Shown one piece after another: positions 51,301-64,000 of a stretch of DNA of 64,000 bases. The stretch is from Lama glama (Eukaryota). The DNA lies in the NCBI GenBank assembly GCA_028534125.1, contig CM052817.1, positions 33,544,001 through 33,608,000 on the forward strand. The letters run 5' to 3'. The position numbers and the translations under genes were made by a program. Each line of letters starts with the position of its first letter. Position 1 is the stretch's first letter. Under the pieces are notes generated by a model that saw only the letters and a list, made by a program, of their open reading frames with translations, searched no databases and was not told the DNA's origin.

Positions 51301-54045
51301 TCATATTTTTGAAATTTCTTTCTTTTCTACTTTCATTGGCTAGTATGACTCAACCTCTTAAAACCTGAGTTACTTTTATATAGAACTAAACTTTTAAAGA
51401 ACAAATTCTCCTAAGTAAGTTAACTTTGGGGCTTCAATACCCAAGATATTATGTTGTTCCTAGTGTTGTTATGCATTTAAGGAGATGCATGAAATATTTT
51501 AGGCTTTGGGAGATTATCTAATAACTCTGCATTTGACATATTTAAAGATACCAATGTGTTCTTGGAAGATATATTACACTATGAGGTAATCTGGAGGTTC
51601 CAAAAAATTAAGTGCCTCTTATTTACCATTGGAATAACTTAGACCTAGAGGAACAAAACAGTTCAAAGTGAATTCTTCAGAAATCTTGATATTATCTTTT
51701 GTGTTGTACTTAATTGCACCATTTGGAGGACTTTTGGATATGAACATGTAAAAGAATGCAATGTCTTTCTTCAGAAAAAAAGGGGGGAAAATGAGGCAAA
51801 GAAAAAAAAGACCATCTATAAGTAGAAATAATATTTACATCATTATTTACAAAGCACCTATCAATTTATAAACATTTTCATTTAGAATGTCTCATTTGAC
51901 CCTCACAACACTCCAATGAAATAGATATTCCCATTCTTTAAACTTCAGAAGAAACTGAAGTTAAATAAGATATCCAACCTCAATTAGCCCCTTAAAATCC
52001 TGAAATAAAACAAAGATCTAAGACTCCTTTTGTTTCTGTGGGTAAGTTTCCACCACAAGGAAGGGAAAATAAATAAGAAGGAAAAAATTAAAACTTAATG
52101 AGAAAATGAGGCTAACCATGTTTATGTAATATAATGAGGAATTGCTGAGCGATTATACAAACACTCATTTACCTCCCCAAACACTTAGCAATCCCAAGAT
52201 GATATTTAAGAAACAGGAAACTGGGTTGATGTAATACTTCTTACCCTCATCTGTGCGGGGGAGCTAATTATAGTACTTATTGCAGAGTTGTTGGGAGGGT
52301 TAAATGAGATAATATATTTTAGAATAATAAGTACTCAATACGTGTTAGTTGTTACAATTAATGATGATGTTATGTAAATCAGGGCAGAGAGAATACTAGG
52401 ACAAAGAGTAGTAGATACGCATTTTCATGCTGTATTGCAACCAGCCTACTCTAAATTATCTCCTCAATTCTCTTACCTAGAGAATGAAGACAATATTCCT
52501 TTCTAGCTGCCTCCTTTGCAGAAACAACTCACCATGCTGTATCATGTTCTGAACACCTATAGAGCCCTATAGAAATACAAGAAAATATTGCAACCAATTC
52601 TCTTCCAGTCTTTCTCCCTCCTTGTCAGTCTGAGCAAAGCTGTTCTGTGGGGCAGTGGAAAGGGTTTATGAGTAGCCATTCATTCAGACCTACGCAGTTG
52701 CCTGGCAACTTAAGATTCAATGGCTGAACTGGGAAAAACAGTCAACCTGACTTCATCGTTTTCTGAGAATCAAACAGTTCACATGATCTCTGAGAGGCTC
52801 ACTGAAGTGGTAATGCACATGTCATCTAAGGAATGGATCAGCATAGTGATGAGCCTGTGAGAGGTTTGTCCACAAGGAGTTGCTTCCTCCAAATGTCCGT
52901 GCAGGGCTGTTGTGGCTGCTGCTTACCTGGGAAGTCATTTCACTTTGGCCCAGAGATCCCATTCTTCCCTGATCTGTCAGGTCTCTGTAACTTCATTCCC
53001 ACAGCAGCCCTCCTGCCACCCACTGCCAACCATGAGGACCTGTTGTCTAAGGGCATGTCACATGAGCAGGTGATCATTCTTGTTACTGTCACAGAGCAGC
53101 TGATCATTCATGATTAGAGTATGACTGTGGACTAAACACATTTAAGGCCCATTCAGACTCATCTACACTCCATGGCATTAGCATGCAGTCCTGTCTGGTT
53201 CTGCCTGATCTGAGATGCTTTAGGAATGATGTAACTTGGCAAATGAATCCCAAATCAAAAGCTCTTTAGATGATAATCTCAGATCAGCTATGAGTAATAC
53301 CAATCAACCCATGAATGTAATGTTTCTAACATGTTGATTCTGTAACTAGTGCCCACTAATAGAAGTTTTCAGGTCCCTGAAATGAGTTTACAAATGTTAG
53401 GCAGCTCAGGACCCTACCATCACATACACATCAAATGGCATTTTGATAAATACCATTGCTGGAGGGTCAGATATTACTTTCTGTTCTCATTCCTAAAATG
53501 ATCAAAAGCAACGTTTTGATGGTTATGTTGAAGAGATCAGGTCAATCTGACTTAATTGAGTCAGATTAGGTTCATACTGTTAAGGAATAGCCCTACAATC
53601 CTTAATCCCCTTTTTGTTTCTGGATCATAATTAAAATAACATAGAAACAACTTTATTAATATACTTTGAATTATATTTGTCTGTATCAAGTCTGTCTCTC
53701 ATTTTTTTGTCCACTTAGTCTTAAGAGATCTTATTATTTATTAAGTACTATCTTTATATTTTCCTATATGACATTTAATTACACAATCTTAGAAATTTTA
53801 CCGTATACTTTCTCTTCCAGGTTGGGATTAAAAACTTGCCTTTCGAAATTAATTTTTACCCTTACCTTCAGTTTTCTTTCAACTTTTCTATATTTTCTTT
53901 CCCCTGAGATACAGTATTTCTTCCCTTTGATCATAATCATAGTGATCTCTTTTTTTCCCTCTTCCTTTCCTTAACTAATATCTCAAAGATGTTTTAATCA
54001 CTCACTGAAAAATCATGTTAAAAATTTAAACCACATACCATTTTT

Positions 54046-54175
54046 TTGTTTGTTTAGTTTTCTGTGGTGGGGGGATTAGGTTTATTTATTTTTTAATGGA
54101 ACTACTGGGGATTGAACCCAGGATCTTGTGCATGCTAAGCATGGGCCCTATCACTGAGCAATACCCCTCTCCCTC
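54046..54175 (-). mobile_element. tRNA-derived SINE (camelid Vic-1-like)
   Basis: Minus strand ggggtattgctcagtgatag...cctgggttcaatcccc; TSD acataccattttt (54033-54045) and acatactattttt (54177-54189). Confidence 0.85.
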
Positions 54176-54427
54176 AACATACTATTTTTGAAGATGAGCA
54201 TTTAAGAATATTTCTCTGCACTTAGACTACATAACAGTGGATATAAAGATATTTCTTAAAACTTGGAAAGATCTTGGTCAAAGGGATGCATATTTTATCC
54301 TGTCTGGGACATTGGCTAACAGCTTTCAACTGTCAAAATCAGCATTTCCCAGTGTAAATTTATTCTGAGAAAATCTAGTACTATGAAACACTTCTCAAAA
54401 AAAAACAAAGAGGGAAGCAAAGTGTTT

Positions 54428-54524
54428 TTTTTCTTCCTTTCTTTTCTTTCTTTCTCTTTCTTTTTCTTTCTTCCTTCCTGTCTTTCTTCCTTCCGTCCTT
54501 CCTTCCTTCTTCTGTTGTTGTTGT
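54428..54524. repeat. Polypyrimidine (TTTC/TTCC)n simple repeat followed by (GTT)n
   Basis: Directly visible low-complexity tract. Confidence 0.85.
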
Positions 54525-57219
54525 TTAGTGTCCATTGTTATGCTTTAAGTTGTAATTAACAAAAATGAATTCAAACTGTCTTAATAAGCAGACATTTACT
54601 GACTTCACTGATAGTGAAAGTCTAGAGGTGGGGCCAGCAAGGTACAATTAATCAGGCCTCCATCTCCATTTCTGGACTGTATTCATATCTGTGTATTTGA
54701 TTCTTACTCTTCTCTGCAAAATGATTGCAGCAGATCCAGCCCTCATATTTACACATCACATTTTCTAAAGTATGAGAGAGTCTCAGTGTTCTTAAACTCT
54801 CCTCCACCAAAAAGTTCTGAGATCTCCTCTTTTTGGAACTTCTCAGGTCACAAGCTGTTTAGCAAGCCAACCATTATGAAAGGGATAACATATACTGATT
54901 GGCTTAGTTCAGATCACATCCTCCTCTTTGGAGTCATAGATGGTGTCAGCTGTCTCAGAATTCAAAGGCTGAAACCAAACACTATGAACGCTGTAGAAAT
55001 AATAGGTGCCGACTATAAATAAATTTGGGAAATACTGGCTTATACCCACTTCTTAATTCAAGTCAAATCTTGAAAATGGAAAAGGCTTCAAACCCTATAA
55101 GCATTAAGAAGAGACCAGCCCCAAGAGATTTATTAGCACATCGCTAAAACCTAACATAAGGAATAGTTAGAATGTCAGCCCCATTAGGAGAAAACTATCT
55201 GATTTCTTTTCCCTAGTGCCAGGAAGAGTGCTTGACATATAGTAAGCACTCAATAAATATTTGTTGAATTAATAAAATAACTGGTTTCTAATGAAGAGCC
55301 TTTTATCTGAACATTAGCAAGCTTTGTTCTCAAAGGGATGGAGGACCCATAAATCTCTAAGTCAGCCCCTTCTGAGGAAGTGGACATAAGGAGGAGCAAT
55401 TTTCCCAATTCTCCATGAGGTCTGGCTTTATAGCTGCTGAGATGTATCCTACTTTACTTCTCTGTCCGTCCTTACCAATTAGACTCAATCTGCTGAAGGA
55501 AACTGAGCATTCATGTGTCCCTGCAATCTTAAAAAGCCCATTTAATTACTGTGTTCAGTACACAGCCTTGTACAAGAAGGAATGGAAAGAGATCAAGAAA
55601 ATATCAGAAACATTTTTGTCCTTTAAAAAATGAAGACTAAAAACACGGTGCACTGGTAAGATCATAAACTGCAGGGTCTCAAAGACAGGGGTTTCAATCT
55701 ACGTCCTGCTCTTTACTAATCTCGTGACCTCAGGCAAATGACCTCTCTGAACTTCAGTTTCCTCATCTGTAAAATGAGGCTGATACCTTTCTCACCCTTT
55801 ACTGACAATCAAATGTAATAACATGGCAAAACGCTTTGCCTGGCATAGCAGACACTTAATAAATGATGTGATCATTATTATTCTCATTATCTAAGAAACT
55901 TCCAGATGACTTAGGTGAATAGTTCATTCAACTCAACCAATTCTCTAGGTGGTGCTCAGGGCTAGTCTATAAGATATTGCTTTTGAAAGATTAAGCATCT
56001 GTTGTTAAGCACCTGCACAAACAGATGTCTTGAGAAATTATGCCCCAGGACACACTATATAGAGACAAAACCTATAGTGACCATACATGTGAACACTGAG
56101 GAATTTTAGATAGTTTGAGGTCTCACCATTAGGAAGAAAAAGCTCTGTGAAGAAGCTACAGTTTTGAGAAACATTTTAAACATTAAAAATGAATGACTGA
56201 AAAAAGGTAAAAGCACTTTAAGTGGGGAAAGATCTCAGTAGGAAGCCCCAGACATGGAGCTCTGTGTCTGGTGAACCACAAACAGGCCTGCCTGCTTAAA
56301 GCAGAGAATTCCCAGAATGTAATAGGGTGAGGGCAGTTAGACAGGTAACGAGGTGACTGATGGAAAACACATAAATAAAAAGTTATAGCTGATGATAAAC
56401 GGCGATACTGTTTATGATTTTGTGCATTGATTTACCATTTCTCCCTGCTTTTTCCATCCACCTGGGATCTCAAAGACCAGCAGTCTTCTCTGGAGGTGGA
56501 TGACAGATCATTTCGCAAGCACTTTAAGTCCTTCAGGAAACACAAACACCTTGTGACCTGGAGCAGTCACTTAGGATTCTGATGCACACTGGGCATCTGA
56601 GCAATGTTGTCACCCAGGACCAAGCCATAAACATCTGGCTGCCCTACTTGATGGGTGCCTGGCAGGCTAAGTTGTCAGCAGGCCCTGTGCAGATAAAGTT
56701 GTGTCAGTCAGAAAACGTCTAAGGTCTGCATGGAAAAGGAAGTCTTTGGAAAGAAACAAAGCAGGGTATCTGAATACTACATCGGGATTTCCCTACTTGA
56801 CTCTGTTTCTATTAGATTGGTTTGGGATGAGGACAACTTTCCAAGGCTCCTAATTGGCTAAAGGAGGCTATTTTGAGTTCTAATCCCATATTTACACCAA
56901 GCCACCTTACAATCTTGATTTGGTTTCCAAATTTACCATATTCTAGTTCCATTGTCAAGTGGTAAGTATTTAATTACCCCTAGATAGACTGACTGAGATA
57001 TTATACAGTTCCTGAGAGCAGGGAAGTGAGACTCTGGAACAGAGTCAGCTTTCAAGAAATATGTTAGATACTATATGCCAATTACTCTGATGGGCACTAT
57101 ACCAAAACAATGACCTTTCCTGACCACTGTCCTAACCATCACCTCAACCTTCAGTAATTTCATCTTATCTTAATGCTAGAACTATTATACAAATACATTT
57201 CAAATACAATAGACTGGTG

Positions 57220-58160
57220 ACATTTTTATTTCCAACCCCAATGTCTCCTAAGTTCAGACCCACATTTCCAAGTACTACACATAAAAGTTTTCTCCTTGGC
57301 TATTCTAGCAGTATTTGCAACTCAAAATGTTTAAAACCAAATGCTTTATCTTCTTCCTCTTCAACCCACTCTATCCACAAGTCCACCTGCAACAACAAAA
57401 AACTGCTTATCTTCCTTCTGTAAGCACTATATTTGTTAACACCAACATCAACACAAATGCCTGAGCTAGAAACCCAAATTCCCCACCAATTCATTTCTCT
57501 TTCTGTATCCATATCCCATCTAATTAGTAGCCAAGGACTGTTGGTGCTCCCTTCCAAAAGCGTCTTGAATTTATCCTCTCTTCTCCTTTCCCGCCACCAC
57601 TGATTAATGTGACCCTCATCATCTCAGGGCTAGACTTTAAAACTTTAAAGTCTTTCTGTTCTCTTCCAATCTCTCTCTTCCAATTCATCCTTTACGATGA
57701 TTACAATATAATCATTTCAATTTTCTGCTTAGCACCTTTCCAAGACTGTCCATCAATATAGAGATACCTCATATTACTTCACCTGTCACTCAGACCCTTC
57801 GCTCTCTGCCACCAAGCAGCCATTGCTGTTTCTCCTTGCTGCGTGCAGCCATTCCACCTCCACATAACACAAATCCGTCTTATAGGCCTGTGCTCATGAG
57901 CAGATCTTTGGCCTAGAAGTCCCTTCTCTCACTGCTGTTGTGCGAAAGTTGGAGTTGTTGTGTTGTTCTAAAGCTGAGCATATGCAATAAACAATTCAAG
58001 GCCAGAGTCCCAGATGCCAAGTAGAAGGAATGTCTCTTTTCTCCATGGTTCCATAGATTGTTGCATTCCATTAGAGTTCATCCAGAGCTGTGGTTAAGTT
58101 CTAGCCATCTCTGTAACCCTAGAACCTAGCACAAGTAGGAACTCAGTAAATAATGGTGAA
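57220..58160 (+). mobile_element. L2 fragment
   Basis: ctcctaagttcagacccacatttcca...caactcaaaatgtttaaaaccaaa...ctagaacctagcacaagtaggaactcagtaaat. Confidence 0.65.
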
Positions 58161-59669
58161 TTAAACTAAATTTCAATAGCAATTGTGGCTCTATTTCCAA
58201 AAGTTCCTCTAGCAATATGGCCTAGATCTCATATTTTAACTTGGCCATTATTCTGATATGCTTTGTCTTGTGTTTACAACTAAACACACCTAGAGTTCTA
58301 CCTGGGTAGGGGTCATTCTCTGGCCAGTGTAAGTGGTACTGTAATCATTATTAGGTACATTGTTTGGAATTTATCTTGCCTGATCTCAGAAAAAAGCACA
58401 GGTAAAAAGGCCCCTTTAGTACAGCAATGATGCAGTTAACTATGGCTGCCACTGTTCCTTTCTGAACTATGCCTTCTGCATTCATAATTAACACCTCTGC
58501 TGCTTTAGAGCACCTGGAACTGAAAAATACTGTATAACTGAGACATGTATTAAATTCTAAATGGCACGGAGATAATCTGTGAATAACCAAACATTGAATT
58601 AATATTTCAATAAACAATTAAATTGTTCTTTTCCTTTTCTTGTCTTAAAATGTTTAAATTTTCCCCGTTCACATAAAAAAACTAACAATTTATGCCATTT
58701 GAGGAATAACAAAGAAGCAACTGTCACTTATTTTACTACCTGTGAACATCTTTGAGGAAAAGTATTATCCTTAAAAATTTGTTTAGAATTGGTAATTTTG
58801 TATTTATACCTATTTTCTGAATCACATTCATTTTCAACTTTTTATAATTCAGTATGATAAATTGTTGCTCTAACAACAATTATTGATTAATGACTGTTGA
58901 GATATCAGTGCTCTTGAAAGGATATGTCAATTACTAGTAGTATCTGTGGAGGACAATGGTGCTGTGTATGACTAGAGAATGAGGGACACTGTCTTGCTAA
59001 ATCAGTCTGCAGTCAATGAGCTCATCAGCTAAATCTGATGGACTGACAGAGAACCCAAACAGGAGGAAGGAACTGTAATACACTGACTAAGTATGTTGGT
59101 TTGCCCAGAGTGGTCAGACAAGGGAGGGCACCCAGCCAAGTCCAGAGATTCAGGGCAGACTCCAAATGAGCTCGAGCTAACAAGACAATACCTCTTGTTT
59201 TCAACCCTGTGCAAATTATAAACACATGAGGATGTGCCAATTGTGTTATATTCCCCTAAACACCACTCATTTAGCTGGGGCTTGAGCAGTGATATAATAC
59301 TAAAGGCAGACAGCAGTGGGAGGACCCCAGCCTTTATCCCAGGGCCAGGATTTAGAAGGATCCACAGTGAATCCACTAACCTATTAATTTTCCTCATTGA
59401 GTCAAATGTCTTGCCCCACCCCCCCAAAAAAACCCACTCTGATTTAGAACCTGGTCCTAGATCTGATTTGGACAAGTCCTTTAACCTCTGAATACCTCAC
59501 TGTGGAAGTAACACTTGGGGGGGAAAAGTCCTATCTAGCTTATATAATTGTGCAGATCCAAAGACACAACATATTTAAGAGTCTTTGTAAGCTCCAAAGT
59601 GCTAGGTAGGGGTCAGAGAGACTTGTGGTTAGGCATCTACCCAGAACACTGGCGTTCTTCTCTCAATCC

Positions 59670-60430
59670 CGCATCTAGTACTGACTGAGCACCTGCTGGC
59701 CCGGGCACTGTTCTCACTGACCCCAGTGGACATAAATATCCTCCAGGAGCTCTCATTCTAGCAGGGAGGTTCAGACAATAAACACATAAACACAGTACAT
59801 TATACAGCATATTGGAAAGTGCAAAGTGCTATGGGAGAACAAAATAGGGCATGGCAAGAGGATTGGGAGCACAGAGAGCACAGGAGGGACACTGGTACTT
59901 TAAAAATAGTGAGAAAATGACATTTGAGGGAAGACCAGAAGTTGAGGAAGTGAGTTTGTGGGGAAGAATTCTCAGCAGAGAGAAAAGCCAGTGCAAGAGA
60001 GACCCGGACAAGCAAGGAAAGCAGGGCAAGCCAGTAGGCTAATAGGAGAAGAGGAGATCAGAGAGACAGACACAGCCAGATCACAGAGGGCCTTTTTGGC
60101 CATTGTAACATCTTCGGTTCTTGCTCTGACCTGATTTGACTTCTATTTTTAGAGTATCCTCTGACTGCTGGGTTGAGAGCGGAAAGACTGTAGAAGCAAG
60201 CATGAGAGGAAAAAGCCTAGTCAAGAGGCTAGAGTGTGATGTGGACCAGTGTGATAGTGGTGGGAGTGGTCAAGTTCTGGATATGTTTAAAGCTAGAGCC
60301 ATTGGGACTAACTCCAAAGGATTAAATATACAGAGAGAAAGAAAGGAGTCAAAGAGGAGTCCAAGGGTTTGGGTCTGACTCACTGGAGGATAGAGTTGCC
60401 AGCAATAGAGATATGCCCATATGGAAGGGA
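59670..60430 (-). mobile_element. L2 3' fragment
   Basis: ctgagcacctgctggcccgggcactgttct...ggagctctcattctagcagg...gtgacatttgag-like...ggagtcaaagaggagtccaagggttt. Confidence 0.75.
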
Positions 60431-62039
60431 GATGGAACACCTCCTCCTTTTTCCCTCCTAGTTGTTGGGCTTCATCCTGCAAATGTAAAACTGTGGATAG
60501 GGGAACAAAATTGAGGTGGTCTACTTGTTAACTGCCAGAGGGACTGACTACTTACACTACTTCACCTCCCTGGATCTCAGTTTCTCTGGTTGTAACATGA
60601 GATGGGCCAACTGGATAATGGCAAAATTCCTTTTCCAGTTGCTAAATTCAAGAACCTAGATACTGCAACCAACTCTCAAACTTTTCAAGATCTGTATTTT
60701 ATTTTTTTCTTGGAAAAAAAGTCTCAATAGGAAAATTCAATCTTTAAACATGTTCATTTTGGTTTCAAATAAAATTATTAAAATAAAATAAACTAATAAC
60801 CAATTATTTGGTTTAAAATTAAATAAAATGAAATAAAATCATGTGATCCTAGTTAAAACATAAAAAGAAGAAACAATAAGATAGCATTCTTTAAAAAAAA
60901 AAAAGTCCTGAAATTGTTTATATAGCATCTTGTTCCAAGAAAGCACATAGCTAATCAGGAAACATATTTCCTATGTCATATTTCATTGGAAATCTTGTTC
61001 ACAAGGTTAAATTACAGCATGCACTTTGTGTCACTTCAAAAATATTCCCTCTCACTTTATTGGTACATGAGTGGACTAGAAATGCTTCTAAGTCAGCCTG
61101 AAAGAACATTTGGCACCTGAAGGTTCTTACCGTCTTCTCCCAATATTTTTTTCATTTCCTCTTGACAACAGCACTATTGATATCATTGGTTCAGGAGGAA
61201 AAGCCACTAAAGAAGAATGAAGATCACCACGTATCTGATACTCACAGCCTGATTCTAGAGAGGAATGCAATATAATCATGCACAAATTAACTTAATTCAA
61301 ATCCATAGATAATCTCTTAAACTTGTAGCCCAGCATCTCCCCTTCTCCGCACATTCTCAGGCCTTGGCAACATCACCATCATCATACCTGGTTTATATAC
61401 TGAGTGCTAACCACGTGCTAGGCATTTTCTGATAGGTTGTCATGACTTAACACCCACAGCCACTGTATCAGAAGGGTCATTATTATTTTTAAAGTGAGAG
61501 GAGGGGACAGTCACACCCAGGACCTCCTAACCCCCAGCCCAAGCTCAATAGCGCAGTGAAAATGTTGGGGTTGTGATGGAGCCAGAATATGTATGCACTC
61601 ATTTCAGTGCATCCTCTTATTGCTCTCATTGTCTGTCTTACAAGCTCTGCATGGCCCTCTGCTTGAGGGCAGAGGCCAAAATTTATGTTTGTGTCATCAT
61701 CATTTGGCAAAACAGTTAACACATGAACAGAAAGCCCTGTGGAAACTTCACACAGTGAGTTGAGACTTAAGCTATCTTGTTCTCCTAGTTTCCCCAGCGC
61801 CTATAGCACAGTCTGGCTTACTGTAGGCACTCCATAAATGCTCACTGCATAAATAGACAGAAAGACGATCCAGAGGGTAGTGAAGAAAACTGGGGGCAAG
61901 CAGCCAAGAAGAGGGTAACTCGGGGTGATGCACCTGGAGACCCTGAGGCTTCGCACAGCCAGGTTTCACCCAGAGGTTCCCCTTTCCCCAGCCCCAACTC
62001 TGACCTAACAGTTTCTAAAGACCCAGGCAGAAAGCTGAA

Positions 62040-62620
62040 CTTGCACTGCGATGAGCGCTGCACTGAATGGGCGGGAGCGAGCAGCTGAGAGGCCGGCTGG
62101 AGGCGACGCACCTCGCCTACGCATGCGCTGTCACATGCCACCTTCACTCACACACACTCACACTCGTGCATGCGCACCTGGCACGGTGAGGATGCTGTGC
62201 CTAGGTTTGGATGCCGGTATGCTTGAAGTTTGGGGGCTGTTGCTGATGGAGGTATTTTCAGACTGTGGGTTCAATGCGATCTCTTAGAATCGCTTCGTTT
62301 TCCGGTAATAAGTTAACCAGGGAGAGGGGAAGACCGTGACCCAAACAGGGAGACACGCCAGGAAGGAGTAGATTGCAGTTCCTTCCCCGGGGGAGCCAGA
62401 GCACAGGGGGGAAGAGCGGACACGCCCGGAGCGCCCGCGCCTTCTCAGAGCCTATATACCCCCATCTAGGAAGCGGCTTCTCGGGGGGGCTTCGAGCTTC
62501 TGCCTCATTTGGCTTCACCCAGACCTGGGGAGGGGGATGACTGAACACGGACTTCCGACTGGCCCTGGCCGCGCGGTCCGGGCTCCTTCGCGCAGTCCCA
62601 GGAGACGCAGAGGACACAGC
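62040..62620. promoter_or_regulatory. CpG-rich element with two NRF1-like sites
   Basis: Local CpG enrichment; ACGCATGCGC 62119-62128 and GTGCATGCGCA 62166-62176; ETS-like TTTCCGGT at about 62299. Confidence 0.55.
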
Positions 62621-63619
62621 ACAGGGAGCTGTAGGCTAGGATGAAAAGAGGGGCAGGGTCTTAGCGTTAAAACGTCCTCAGTTTGAATCCTCCCTCTGCC
62701 ACTTCTAAGCTATGTGGCCTTGAACAAGGTGCATAGCATCTCTGAGCCTCAGTTTTCCTATATGTAAAGTGAGGGATTAAGTTATTCAGCAATTATTTCA
62801 CTCCTTATATGTTCCACTTCTGGGCTGGATGGTTTATACACACTGGATAATAAAAGAGACCCAGTTTCTGCCCAGTGAGGCTTGCAGTCAACTGGGGTAG
62901 GTACCCAACCAGCAATGAAATAAACCAGCAAACATATGTATTGATTAGGATTAAGGATTCTGAAGTAAAAATATAAGATGTTGCTTTCACCTACCCTCAA
63001 TGTCCTTCAGCACTTACTATGTTCTGGGAGCAAGTGGATAAAAGCAATCACATTCCTTCCCTACCACATCCTAAGTCCAGTGTGTGCCCTTTCTGTCATA
63101 AGGGCCTTTGTGATCTTCAATATGTAAGAAACCATATTAACCAAGGAGTGGACCATAAACAAATGAGAAATAATAAAAGTACCTACCTCACGGGGTCATT
63201 GTGAGAAATTAAGGATGCATTAATGGCTTAATTCGTGGCTGAGCACATAGCAGCTGCTCAAAAAATGCTAGATATTATTAGATGGTGTCGCCTAGTGCCT
63301 AGGACTCTGGATTCTACATTTATTCTATAGACAAGGTCTGAATCCTGGCTGTGGCATATCTAGCTGTGTGACCTTGGATAAGCCTTTGAACTTCAGTAAG
63401 ACTCAGGATTCTCATCAAGAAACAACCATAAAAATGGTGCTTTATCTGGTAGGGCAGTTATGCAAATTAAATGAGGTCTTGTAGGCAAGGCTCCTGATTC
63501 AGGGCAAGGCACCGTGAGAGCTCTGGAAATGATGGCTATGAAGATTGTCATAGCCTCCAAAGGCATCGGTTTCCTCCTCTCTGAAAAAAGTCAGCAAAGC
63601 TGGCCAAAGAAGCCTTGAA

Positions 63620-64000
63620 ATTTAGGGCGCAGTCCCAAATGGGGACTGCCAGGACGCAAGGCCTTTGATGGAGCTGGAGAATGGGAGGGGACGAGGTTCT
63701 CCTGGCAGGTTCGGGTTAATGCACCTGCCAAACGGGGACAGGTACGCCCAGAAACCAAGGACTAGGAAAGCCGCCGGGCTGGGCGCCTTGCCAGGCTGCG
63801 GAGGGGCCTTAGAGAGCAAAATGCAGCCGGGAAGAGCAGTGCCAGGGCAGAGAGGTGATTGGAAACAGGCTCCGGTTTCCTGGTTACTCACTACGAAACC
63901 CGGGGCTCTGGTACCTCATTCCCAAGCCTCAGAGCCCCTGGAGCGGCAGGTCGCAGATAATAACAAAAACAAGAGACGCCATGAGCTCTTACCAAGCACC
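63620..64000. promoter_or_regulatory. GC/CpG-rich block running to the window edge
   Basis: Non-repetitive GC-rich sequence with many CpGs; no recognisable coding frame. Confidence 0.4.

Noticed and set aside
59029..59491. 148-aa minus and 85-aa plus ORFs
   Set aside because: No recognisable domain, splice structure or promoter context; consistent with chance ORFs.

Overview
Mammalian genomic DNA, most likely camelid (three tRNA-derived SINEs resembling Vic-1; no Alu, B1, Bov-tA or PRE-1 recognised). The window holds the 5' part of CHIC2 on the minus strand: a CpG-island promoter at about 40.1-40.95 kb and coding exons 1-3 (40251-40369, 21238-21292, 20938-21093; residues 1-110). Exons 4-6 were not found and should lie left of position 1. 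The rest is intron and intergenic sequence rich in L1, L2, MIR, MLT1/MER21 LTRs and hAT elements, with an RPL41 processed pseudogene, a 500-N gap, and CpG-rich blocks at about 62 and 64 kb (towards GSX2 if human synteny holds). The most interesting observations are: (1) the CHIC2 leader has three uAUGs and an in-frame segment encoding a near copy of CHIC2's own cysteine motif, then poly-Gly and a hydrophobic run; (2) a perfect 90-bp tandem duplication in intron 1; (3) an RPL41 retrocopy plus L1 tail with three target-site-like copies; (4) an inverted internal L1 fragment with no tail or TSD; (5) repeat-free, motif-dense intron 3 sequence that may be an enhancer. No convincing novel multi-gene system was found. 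Repeat family names come from recalled consensus sequences and their boundaries are approximate.
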